In this document: positions 29,294 through 40,500 of the stretch, in pieces
Position numbering within the stretch: position 1 is the first letter of the stretch
Layout: the number at the start of each line of letters is the position of its first letter
From: Gammaproteobacteria bacterium
Lineage (GTDB): Bacteria > Pseudomonadota > Gammaproteobacteria > UBA12402
NCBI GenBank assembly: GCA_050123375.1
Contig: JASFHF010000002.1
Coordinates: forward strand, 28,364 to 92,363
DNA: 64,000 bases
Direction of reading: 5' to 3'
Notes under the pieces: generated by a model
Told to the model about the DNA's origin: nothing
Seen by the model: only the letters and a program-made list of their open reading frames with translations
Databases searched by the model: none
Position numbers and translations under genes: made by a program

Positions 29294-30043
29294 TTAGCGA
29301 TGTTTGGCTTCACAGTTAACTAAAAATTTCAAATCTTCTTCATTTTGTGTGTTCTGAATTAGTGGCAGTTTAATAATGTCTAAAGCTTTACTTGCACACT
29401 CAATGATTTCAGTTAAGCATGTTGTTTCATCCAAATGATCAAGGCAATGTTTATCCAGCGATTTTAGAGAGTCTATATAGATGCTTAATAAGTGGGATAA
29501 CATATACCGTTTTGGTGATATGTAATTGGATTTTGTCTCCGGGTAGTTTTGCATATATTTATTGAAGTATGTTTCAGCTTGTTTTATTTTGCTTAGCAAA
29601 TTTTCTGGTGAGTAATTTCGTGATTTTATGATTTCATATATATTGTGAGATGTTGTCAAAAATTGTTTTTTTGTTTTGAATATTTTTCGCAATTGTTTAT
29701 TGTTTGCGGAGATTGAAATGGAATTTATTGCTTCACGATAATTTTTAATGTTCAAATGAGTTGGATGTTGATATGCGTTATATTCCTTTTTGATTTCGTC
29801 CTTAAAAAGTTTTTGATCGGTTTCTAATAAATTTGAGAATTTTCCCAGCGCTTCCTGCTGAGATTTTTTTATAAAAAATCTGTCTTTGTAATCTGGGTAA
29901 TCTGGGTAATCTAGGTCATTATTATTTGTTTTACGATCTTGGTTGTTTGCTCCAATGTGTTTTGCGAAAGAGTAAACAAAATAGAAGAATCCAAAAGTTA
30001 GTATTAATTTAATGAGGTAATACGCGGGAGTTTTGTTGCTCAT
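29294..30043 (-). CDS. Hypothetical protein with N-terminal TM segment
   Basis: 249-aa ORF, YYLIKLILTFGFFYFVYSF. Confidence 0.55.
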   Translation of the reverse strand: MSNKTPAYYLIKLILTFGFFYFVYSFAKHIGANNQDRKTNNNDLDYPDYPDYKDRFFIKKSQQEALGKFSNLLETDQKLFKDEIKKEYNAYQHPTHLNIKNYREAINSISISANNKQLRKIFKTKKQFLTTSHNIYEIIKSRNYSPENLLSKIKQAETYFNKYMQNYPETKSNYISPKRYMLSHLLSIYIDSLKSLDKHCLDHLDETTCLTEIIECASKALDIIKLPLIQNTQNEEDLKFLVNCEAKHR

Positions 30044-30453
30044 AACACACCCATTTGTTATTATTATAATTGATGGTATTCTATCTTATGCAGCAAAAAA
30101 GTAATTTTGTTGACCATTTGTGATCAATAATTTAGCTTTATAAATTTTGCATTTTCTTCAATACGGATATTTTGCAAATAAAATGTAAAAAATGGGTGTC
30201 ATTTACCATAGGAAATTGTAGTAAGTTCTATCTAATTTTGTAGCTAATCTACAGTCATGCATATTTATATGAAAGTTTGGAAAGCTTGCGGTTCTGCAAA
30301 TTATTGGGGCAGAAAGTTAGGGGGATTTGGACATGTTTTATAATTACTCTAGCCCTTCCGTTTTATTACTTTTACTTTAATTTACTATTATTTACTAAAT
30401 GATTTGCCACCCCATTGCCACCCCAAAAATTTATCCGGAATCGGCAGATCTCT

Positions 30454-30521
30454 ATAACCCCTTGATTTTATTAATAGCTACGGGTGGGCTCGAACCACCG
30501 ACCTCGGCATTATGAGTGCCG
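30454..30521 (-). repeat. att site (68-bp direct repeat of 62974-63041, includes tRNA-Met 3' part)
   Basis: Identical 68 bp read directly at both loci. Confidence 0.97.
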
Positions 30522-30642
30522 AGATATATTAGCAAGAAATATTAGACAAAATTAAATAATATTAAAAAACCTCTATTTTTCAAACAATTATACAGATTAG
30601 CTTTGCTTTTATTTATTATTGTATTATACTACGTAATAGTTA

Positions 30643-30666
30643 TTTTGCCACATTATTGCCACATTG
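30643..30666. promoter_or_regulatory. Probable integrase arm-type sites (TTGCCACATT x2); also 62922-62945 and variant 30403-30424
   Basis: Tandem direct decamers near both att sites. Confidence 0.6.
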
Positions 30667-30696
30667 AAGGGTGTTATAAAATAGAGATTAATCAAA

Positions 30697-31923
30697 ATGA
30701 AAGCGATATTAACTAATACTTTTGTTTCAAAGCTGGAACCTAGTAAGCGGATGTATGATGTTTGGGATGAAAAATTAACAGGTTTTTTAGTTCGTGTATT
30801 TGCTAGTGGTGCTAAATCTTATCTTTGTTACTATAGGCATGAGGGCATTAAAAAAAATGTTACTATTGGTAGTGTGGAGCTATTTACAGTTTCTCAGGCG
30901 CGTGAAAAAGCTAGAATTATTTTAGGAAATGTTGCAAGTGGTATATTTTCAGATGCGGAAAAGAAAACGAAACAGGTTATAACACTAAAGAACTTTATTG
31001 AGCAAGAATATGAACCGTGGAGATTGTCTAATAGAAAAGATGGAAAAGCAGAAATTGATAAAATAAAAACAAAATTTTTTGAACAGTTTGGATGTGTGCC
31101 ATTAAATAAAATTGCTTTATTGACGGTGGAAAAATGGCGTTCTAAGAGGTTAAAAAATGGAATTTCAACCTCGACAGTTAATAGAGATATTTCAGCATTA
31201 AAAGTAGTGTTTTCAAAGGCCTTAGAATGGGGGTTTATAGAACATAACCCTATAGTAAAATTAAAGACTTTAAGAGCAGATGATTCTGGGATCGTGCGAT
31301 ACTTGGAGGTAGAGGAAGAAATACGGTTAAGGCAGGCACTGGATGAACGAGAGGCGGGTTTAAGGGCAGCAAGAGAGAGAAGTAATGAGTGGCGCAAGGA
31401 TCGTGGTTATTCTAAATGGCCAGGGTTTCAAGGAGATTATTTGAAGCCGATGGTGCTTCTATCACTTAATACGGGTATACGAAAGGGAGAGTTATTAAAC
31501 CTAATTTGGGAACACATCAATTTTAAAACCAAAATATTAATGTTACCTGGTAGTGCTACAAAAAGCGCTAAAAAAAGATATATACCACTGAATGGTGAGG
31601 CTTGTGAAATTTTAAAATATTGGCAGATGGTGTCAGGTAGGAAGAGAGGGTTGGTTTTTTTTAATCAAGAGGGGAAAAAATTTACTGACATCAAAAAGTC
31701 TTGGATATCATTAAGACAAGCTGCGAAAATTAAAAATTTTCGATGGCACGATATGCGACACCATTTTGCAAGTAAACTTGTGATGGCGGGGGTTGACTTA
31801 AATACTGTTAGAGAGCTTCTTGGGCACGCAGATATAAAAATGACCTTAAGGTATGCTCATTTAGCTCCCGAACACAAAGCTAGAGCAGTTGCTAAGTTGA
31901 AAAATCCGTTAATTGATTATTAA
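30697..31923 (+). CDS. int: Tyrosine recombinase/integrase with arm-binding domain
   Basis: TGIRKGEL, TKS, HDMRH, LLGH, RYAH. Confidence 0.95.
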   Translation: MKAILTNTFVSKLEPSKRMYDVWDEKLTGFLVRVFASGAKSYLCYYRHEGIKKNVTIGSVELFTVSQAREKARIILGNVASGIFSDAEKKTKQVITLKNFIEQEYEPWRLSNRKDGKAEIDKIKTKFFEQFGCVPLNKIALLTVEKWRSKRLKNGISTSTVNRDISALKVVFSKALEWGFIEHNPIVKLKTLRADDSGIVRYLEVEEEIRLRQALDEREAGLRAARERSNEWRKDRGYSKWPGFQGDYLKPMVLLSLNTGIRKGELLNLIWEHINFKTKILMLPGSATKSAKKRYIPLNGEACEILKYWQMVSGRKRGLVFFNQEGKKFTDIKKSWISLRQAAKIKNFRWHDMRHHFASKLVMAGVDLNTVRELLGHADIKMTLRYAHLAPEHKARAVAKLKNPLIDY

Positions 31924-31950
31924 TATGAAATATTTTGTTATTCTAATTTT

Positions 31951-32211
31951 CTAAAAACGAGGTTTAAATCGTTCTTTTGAACGATCTTCTTCATAATCGC
32001 AGCGATTATTTCGTAACCACTGTTTTAAATCTTCAGGCAAGTATCTGACGGATTTATGTCCTAATTTGATAAATTTTGGACCTTGAGGTTTTCCTTCTAT
32101 ATGGCCATGTCTTCTATGGTATCGCAGAAATGATACGCTCATATTTATAAAATCAGCGGCTTCATATTCATTGAGGCATTCTGGGGTTATGTTTGTTATT
32201 TTTGGTCTCAT
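31951..32211 (-). CDS. AlpA/excisionase-like HTH protein
   Basis: LNEYEAADFINMSVSFLR..GPKFIKLGHKSVRY..DLKQWL. Confidence 0.82.
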   Translation of the reverse strand: MRPKITNITPECLNEYEAADFINMSVSFLRYHRRHGHIEGKPQGPKFIKLGHKSVRYLPEDLKQWLRNNRCDYEEDRSKERFKPRF

Positions 32212-32519
32212 GTTTTATTACCTTTTTTATTTTAATTTAGTAACCATAATATAGCATTTTGTATACGAAAATGCAAATATTTAATGTAAATACCCGCATT
32301 TTTGTAAAATTATCAATGTGCCGACACAATTACAAATTGTATGATTTGTGCAATTTTTCAACAGAAAAGTGGGGGTTTGATGGAAAAATTTTTAAAACTG
32401 TGCTAATATTAAACATAAATGTGGTTATTTTATGTCATAATATTTGAAAAATATTTTTTCTGTATACAAAAGTGCATATTTTATTGAAATGGTCATTATA
32501 GCAAAAATGGAGAGGTATC

Positions 32520-32888
32520 ATGAGCGTGAGGCTTTTTAAAGAACCTAATGCAAAAGGAAGCTTGGAGGTTGAGATGAAAGTTGATTTTGAGGAATTTGGT
32601 ACTTTGGATGCACTGAGGTATTTTGTGGAAAATGTTAATGTTGAAATTTCAGAAAAAATGAAAGATTTTGCTTTTGAAGTTCTGTTTCAAATTATTCCCT
32701 CTCATTTACAGCATGTTGAGGATCACATTGATCAGTTTTCAGAGAAACAGTCAGTGATCACTACATGTATGGAAGAACTACAGGAGTGTAGGTCTGTATT
32801 AATACAATTACAATCAGATTTGACCAATAAGTTAGATGCTTTTTCCAATTTAGAGCAAAATACAGCTAAACCAAGTTTTGGGAGTTAG
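32520..32888 (+). CDS. Hypothetical protein
   Basis: 122-aa ORF with GGAGAGG RBS. Confidence 0.65.
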   Translation: MSVRLFKEPNAKGSLEVEMKVDFEEFGTLDALRYFVENVNVEISEKMKDFAFEVLFQIIPSHLQHVEDHIDQFSEKQSVITTCMEELQECRSVLIQLQSDLTNKLDAFSNLEQNTAKPSFGS

Positions 32889-32972
32889 ATCTCACATACA
32901 AGATTAATTATTTATCACTACAAATAAGATTTCTACAATTTCTTTGCCTATGACTTCCATATTAATCAACTT

Positions 32973-33671
32973 TTAGTTGGTTTTCAAAATAAGGCGTTTA
33001 TAAGAATTAACAACAATTTTGGCTTGTTTTAACTGTTCTTTTGGTCTAGATTCGTGTTCTATAATGCTTGAATAAATTTGTGATGCTAACTCTGCTTGTT
33101 TGTCATAATCAACGTGCAGGTGAGCATCAATGTAAATCTGAGCAATTTCTTTCAGTATGGTCTGCATTAGCGCAACATTGATTGAAAATACAACAGATTC
33201 TTCTTTTTTTTCAGTGGGAGCAAGAAACGTAATTTCATATAGTTTCTTTCTTAAACTTTCAGAAATAATCTCTTTGCCTTGATCTTTTGCGTGTTTTTGT
33301 CTTAAAAGCATAAAGGCGATATAGGTCTTTTTATCAGTTAGTTCTTCTTCGGCCATTTTGATGCCCTCAAGCGGATCGCCTTCACCTGTTTTTAGCCAAT
33401 GATAGTTTACTTTGCAGATCTGGCTTATTTTTTTTAGAGCGTTCTCGCTAGGATTTCTGATTCCGACTTCCCATTGGTAATAAAGCGCTCTGTTTACATC
33501 GGGGAAGAATTTATTTTTAAAATCTATTATTTTTAGGAATCCTGCGCTTTCACGGGCAGCTTTAATTCTTACACCCAGGGCATAAGCGTCATCTTGCTTT
33601 TTGGCACGCTTAAGGTTCTTGTATACAGGGTGTTTTTTTGAGAGCTTATTAGGTTTTATTTGTTTGCTCAT
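32973..33671 (-). CDS. XRE-family HTH repressor-like regulator
   Basis: LGVRIKAARESAG..YYQWEVGIRNPSENALKKIS..VNYHWLKTGEG; AAGGAG RBS before ATG 33671. Confidence 0.8.
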   Translation of the reverse strand: MSKQIKPNKLSKKHPVYKNLKRAKKQDDAYALGVRIKAARESAGFLKIIDFKNKFFPDVNRALYYQWEVGIRNPSENALKKISQICKVNYHWLKTGEGDPLEGIKMAEEELTDKKTYIAFMLLRQKHAKDQGKEIISESLRKKLYEITFLAPTEKKEESVVFSINVALMQTILKEIAQIYIDAHLHVDYDKQAELASQIYSSIIEHESRPKEQLKQAKIVVNSYKRLILKTN

Positions 33672-34504
33672 CTTGTCATCTCCTTTTAGTACTTTATTAA
33701 ACATTTTACGTTAATTGGATGTAAACTTCAAATGGTTGTAAATAAAAATGCAACCGCCTTTTTCTTAGCTTTGCAATATTGTACCCAGGACATATTGCAT
33801 ACAAAATTACAATTAATAGCAAAACTAATGTAGGTTAATCACAATAAAATCAAACAGTTATTTATTTTTGCACACAAAAAATGCTTGCAAAGTTGTACGC
33901 TTCGTACTAGGCATAAAATATGCACAGATAAGCAAATGTGTAAGAGTTAGAATTTTTGTGAACAAAAGTGCAAATAATGATAAGGCGCAGAAAACATGAA
34001 GATATGAGGAAAAATAGCAATGGTGCGTCAAGAAGCACATAAAATTCAATCGGTGGGAATCCGATGTTCATAAAGCTTAGCTGGTAATGTAAAACTAAAC
34101 TTTACACTGAAGGAGGTGACAAATTCAGTGAAGCTGAAGGGATAGATATATTGGGATATTGGGTTGTAAAGAAGTAAATGCGCCATGATGAGCATATACA
34201 AAACTGATTAAATTTTAGTCTGATAACTCCTTAGAACCACTGTATTTTCATTGACATATTCTTATCTGATATGTTACTTTGCAAAATAATAAAAAAAATT
34301 GCGGCAAATTATATATTTGATAAGCAATAATTTCTGCCGAGACATTAGCCTGCTGGTTACGGAGGTTTTTTGTGAATTATTCTCACAATCTTTTGGCTAT
34401 TTTTTCCATATCTTCTCACGGTTTTAATGGTTTTTTATTTCCCAAAAAGTTGTGTTTTTAGTTAGGCTTGATGCTGAATTATTGTTAATTGCGGAGAAAG
34501 TTAA

Positions 34505-37500
34505 ATGATAGTAGTTATTTCAACATTTACAGATACTCTTCTGAAAAAGCCTTTAAAGCTTTTCCTAAGTAAGTTTAGTTCTAAGACCCCTGAAATAGTT
34601 TTTGCTCCATATAATCAAGTGTTTCAACAACTTAGTAATGAAACTAGTCTTTGTTCTAAAAACACCTCTGATCCTAATGTTATCTTAATTAGATTTGAAG
34701 ATTGGATTGATGAAGACGATAAAGAACAGCTATCTAATTTGCAAGAGGACGTGCAGTTTTTTTGGGAGCTTCTACAAAAAGCATCAACCAAAACTACCCA
34801 TCCATGGATAGTGTGTGTTTGCCCAGATAGTCCTCGTAGTCTAAAAGTTCCAGGCAGAAAAGAAGTATATAATAAGCTACTTACCCAATTTCATAATCAT
34901 TGTGATAAAACTAGTAATGTTTATTTTATAGATCCTAAAACTATCCAATCATTTTATCCTGTTAAAGATTATTATGATGCCAAAAGCGATGAAATTGGCA
35001 AAATTCCTTATGTTGACAAGTTTTTTTACGGATTAGCAGCAATAATTGTGAGACGTATAAATGTTATTGGATTACCTCCGTATAAAGCTATCATTGTAGA
35101 TTGTGATAATACTTTGTGGAAAGGTGTTTGTGGTGAGGTTGGATATTCTGGCATCAAAATTAGCGAACCATATAAACAATTTCAAAAATTTCTGGTACAA
35201 CAAAAAAAAGACGGGATGTTAATATGCTTATGCAGTAAAAACTCATATAAAGATGTTCATGATGTTTTTGTAAAACGCCGTAATGACATGCCTCTTAAAT
35301 GGGAGCATATTACCACATACAAAATCAATTGGGAAAAAAAGACTAGTAATATTTCTGAAATAGCAACACAATTAAATATAGGTTTGGACAGTTTTATTTT
35401 TATTGATGATAATCCTGTAGAATGCGGAATGGTGCGCGAGACGCTTCAGGACGTATTAACTTTACAAGTACCAGTTAATATAAATAATTTCCCGCTATTT
35501 CTTAAACATGTATGGCCATTTGACCATCTCAAAGTTACGCAAGAAGATAAAAAACGTACAGAAATGTACAAGCAAAATTTACAACGAAAGAACGAAGAAA
35601 AATCTATTAACGCAAAATCCAGTAGCACAAGTTCTTCTTCTGTTAGTAAATTTCTTAAAAGATTGAAATTGGTAGTGACAACGAAATTAATCAACATCAA
35701 TTCTAAACATATAGCCCGCGTCGCCCAATTAACCCAGAGAACTAATCAATTTAATTTTACAACACAAAGATTTTCGGAAAAGAAAATACAAAATGCAATT
35801 AGTAACGGTCAGTATTGTATGGCTGTTTGGGTGAAAGATCGGTTTGGAAATCATGGATTAGTCGGGGTAGTAATTTTTAGCACTACAAAAAAATCGCTTC
35901 AAGTAAATACTTTTTTGTTAAGTTGTAGAGTATTAGCAAAAAATGTTGAACATCATATTATAGTTGAATTAGCTAAATTTGCTCTTAAGCAAAACATCTT
36001 ACAAATAGAAATAGCTTACAAACGCACTGAAAAAAATATTCCGGCTTTTAATTTTCTACATAGAATGAAAGTGGCTACTAAATTATCACCGGATAATGAC
36101 AATTGCACTTTTATCATAAAAACTGAAGATGCCAAAAATATCAATTTATTACGTCAGCAGAATAATCTTTTGTCGCGCGAGAAAGTTAAAAAATTATCAA
36201 GCAAACGCACACGTCCGTATAATTTGCAGTACATAGAAATTGCTACAAAACTTGCGACTGTAGAGCAAATATCTAATGCTATGAGACCTAAAATTTTAAC
36301 TAAAAAAACGCCTATACAATTTAAAACGGAATTTGAACGACAAATTGTTAATATTATAGAGGATATTCTTTGTATAAAAGGGATAGCGCCTAATGATAAT
36401 TTTATTGATATTGGATTTAGCTCATTATACATGGTTTTGGCAATATCAAAAATAAAAAACAAATATGAAGTAACTGTAAAATTAGAAGAACTGTTTAAAA
36501 TATCTAATGCAAAGCAACTGGTAAATTTGGTATCACAAAGATTCGTAAAAACCAGGAAAAATTTACCAAAAAAACAAAAGCTGATGCGTATACAAGAAAG
36601 ATATAAAGCATTACCGTTATCTGATGCGCAACAAAGATTGTGGGTATCATTTCAGACGGAACAAAACAAATCATTATATAATATGATTGTTTCATATAAG
36701 CTGGTTGGTACTCTTAATTTAGAGGCTTTAAAAAAAGCATTCCAAACATTGATTATGCGCCATGAAAGTTTAAGAACAAAATTTATTTCCAAAGAGAACA
36801 ATCCAAATCAAATTGTGTTACCTTACTCTGCTAAGCTTTTTTATTTAACCCAGCGGCCATTGGACTCAACGCTTTCAAAAAAAGTGGATATTATATCGCA
36901 AAAACCATTCGATTTATCAGATGCTCCTTTAATGCGGGTTACTTTATTTAGTAATCAAAAGGATGAGCATTTATTGTCTATTGTATGGCACCATATTATT
37001 AATGATGGTTGGTCGTTTAATCTTTTGATGAAGGAGTTGTCCACACTTTATAACTATTATGTTGAGCAAAAACGAGAATTTGGAATATTGACGACTTTTA
37101 TGTTAATTAATAAGCACATACAAAATTCTTTACTAAATAACAATAAAAATATTGACGAACATTTGTGGAGTTTAAATAAGGTTTATGCAGAAACCTTCAA
37201 ATTAGTTTTGTCTTATCTAGTAAGCTCTAATAATCAACAAAGATATATAAGCAATTGGAAAAACCAATTAACCCTGTCTTCTCAAAAGATTAATAATACT
37301 ATTCCTGGATTGTCCGTGCAAAAAATAGATTATATTGATTTTTCTGTTTGGCATAGGCAATATGTTAGGCAGAAAAAAATATTTGATGATTCTCTACGTT
37401 TTTGGAATGCCAAGCTTACAGATTGTGAAGCTATTAATTTCCCAACAGATTATCCTGTATCTAAAATTAGTTCAAAATCTTATAAAGCGCTACGTAAACC

Positions 37501-40500
37501 ATTTACAATAGAAAAAAATGTTCTTTCTCAGTTAAAAGAGCTAGCAAAAGCAAAAAACACCACTTTATATAATGTATTGTTAACATTATTTTTTATACTA
37601 CTTGCGCGTTATAGTAATCAAAAAAAACTTATTATCCATGTTCCTAATGCAGGTAGAAATCATCAAGATACTCAAAACATGGTTGGTTTTTTTGTGAATT
37701 TGATACCAGTTGTTGTTGATTTACAAGAAAATTCCACATTTTATACAATTATTGAAAAGTTAATAAAATTTTCCAGTGAATCACTGAAGCATCAGGAGTT
37801 GCCATTTAATGAATTGGTAAAGTCACTCCATTTTGCAAAATATGCAAAAAATAACCCGCTGCTAAGAATAGCTTTTGTTTATCAAAACTTTCCGGTACAC
37901 AAACTTAATCTTAATGGCTTAAATGTTAGCAGGATTTTCACAGATAATAATGACATGTTGGTTGATAATCCATTATATTCAAAAAATAGTTTTTTTACCT
38001 TGTATATGCAAGAAAACTCTAAAATTGGCACATGTCAGGCATTGCTTGAATATAATACCGCGTTATTTGAAGAAAGCACTATAAATAGAGTTATTACTCA
38101 CTTTAAAATGTTAATGCAAAGTATTATCGACAATCCCAAGTGTAATATTTTTAAGTTACCTATGCTAACTGAAGAGGAAATCCGAAATGAGCTGGAAGTT
38201 TGGAACAATACTAAAACCGAATTTTCTAAAAATCAAACTATCACGCAGTTGTTTGAGCAGCAAGTGCAAAAAACACCGAAAAAAATAGCAGTTTCATTCT
38301 ATAATGTAAAGATGAGCTATGAGATGCTCAACGTGCGATCAAATCAATTATCACATTATTTGAGACAAGAATGTGGTGTGATTACTGGATCTTTCGTTGC
38401 AATATGTATGAATTCTAACCCTCAAAGAGTTATCAGCATTATGGGTGCAATCAAAACTGGTGCAGCATATATACCTCTTGATCCTCTTTATCCAAAATCG
38501 CGAATTGAATTCATATTAAATGATTCCGGCGCTAAAGTATGTCTTGTAAATAAAGTTACTTTAAAACTTGTAGCTCAGATAAAAACCAATTGCAAATTTA
38601 TAGCTATAGAAGATATAGTTTTTAAAAAATATAAAACGGTTAACCCTTTATTGAAGGCTAAACCACAGGATTTAGCGTATTTATTATATACGTCAGGCAC
38701 TACTGGAAAACCAAAAGGAGTTTTGATTGAGCATAGAAGTATAGTAAATACCATTTTCTCCCAATTTAAAAAATTTGATATTAACCAAGATAGCAGAATT
38801 TTACAGTTTGCTTCGTTTACATTTGATGCTTCAGTATCCGAGATTTTTACTGCGTTATTAAGCGGAGCTACATTATGTTTAATACGCGAGAAAGATAGAT
38901 TAAATCGTCTTATTGAATTTATGAACGATGCGAAAATTACGGTAGCAACGCTTCCTCCTATGCTGCTTAAAACGATAGATGTTTCCAAAGTTAAATCTCT
39001 TAAAACTTTGGTTACAGCAGGAGAACCTATAGATAATGAAACTACCAGTAAATACAAAAGTATTCCTGTTTTTTGCAATGCCTATGGACCTACTGAGTGT
39101 ACAATTCATGTGACTAACAATCGTTTTAAAAAAGGGAAAAAATTTGGGATTGGGCAACCTATTGATAATACGAAGTGCTATGTTTTAAATAAATATATGC
39201 AACTTGTACCGGTTGGTGTTATTGATAAATTATATGTGGGTGGCAAAGGTGTTGGTAGAGGCTATCATAATAGACCAGAACTTACTAAGGAAAAATTTAT
39301 AAATGTGAATATACACGGCAAAAAACTCAGATTATTTGATACTGGAGACTTAGTATATCGATTATCCGATGGTAATCTTGTGTTTGTCAGACGCATAGCA
39401 GATGATTACATTAAAATTAATGCATTTCGTATTCATCCTGGTGAAGTAACAAGCGCTCTTTATAAGACAAAAGTAGCTCGGCAAATTGTTGTGGATAAAG
39501 TAGGAAAACAATTAGTTGCATATGTGGTTCCTGAATATGGTTACTTATGTAGTTCGCTCCATAAATATTACGAGAAACATGTAAGAATGTGGCGTAATTT
39601 TTACGATAATGTTACACATAAAGATTTATCAGTTAGTAATGTGAATGATACATCTGGTTGGATTAATAGTTATACTGAAAAACCATTTTCAAAAAACGAA
39701 ATGAGTGAGTGGGTTGAGACAACGGTTAACAGGATTCAGAAATTACCAACCTCGCACGGTAAAATTCTTGAGATAGGATGTGGTACGGGACTCTTACTTT
39801 TTCCTTTAGTTAAACAATGTAAACAATATATAGCAACCGATTTTTCTGAAAAAGTAATTGATCCGTTAAAAAAGAAATTGAAAAAACATGGTATAAAAAA
39901 TACAGTACTAAAACAAAAAAGTGCGCATCAATTTGAAAAAGAAAATGAATCATACGATCTTATAGTTATAAATTCTGTTGCGCAATATTTCCCAGATATA
40001 CGATACCTTATAAAAGTATTAGAAGATGCTGTTAACAACATATCTTCAAGTGGCGGATCGATATTTATTGGAGATGTTAGAAGTCTTGCTCACTTACGAC
40101 TATTTTATGCTAGCCTCTTTTTGAGTAAAAATCCAAATATTTCTGTAAAAGAATGTAAGCAGTTTATTATTAATAAATTTCATTCCGAGAAAGAACTAGT
40201 CATATCGCACGAGTTTTTTAAAGATTTTGCAGCTTCTCACCCTAAAATTAGCGTTATCGAACTGCAATTAAGAAGAGGAAATTATAACACAGAGATGAAT
40301 TGTTTTAGATATGACGTTATACTACACGTTAATAATCTATCTAAGAAATTATTATTTTCTAGAGATGTTGAATGGGTAGATTATAAAATCAAGCAAGTTG
40401 ATATTGTTGAAATAAGTAACCAATTAAAGTCTAAGCCTAAGTATTTAGCTTTAAAAAACATCCCGAATGCCAGATTAATAAACACGGTAAATTGTCTTCA

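Noticed and set aside
30454-30521. Second tRNA-Met gene
   Set aside because: Identity stops at the anticodon stem; the 5' half is absent
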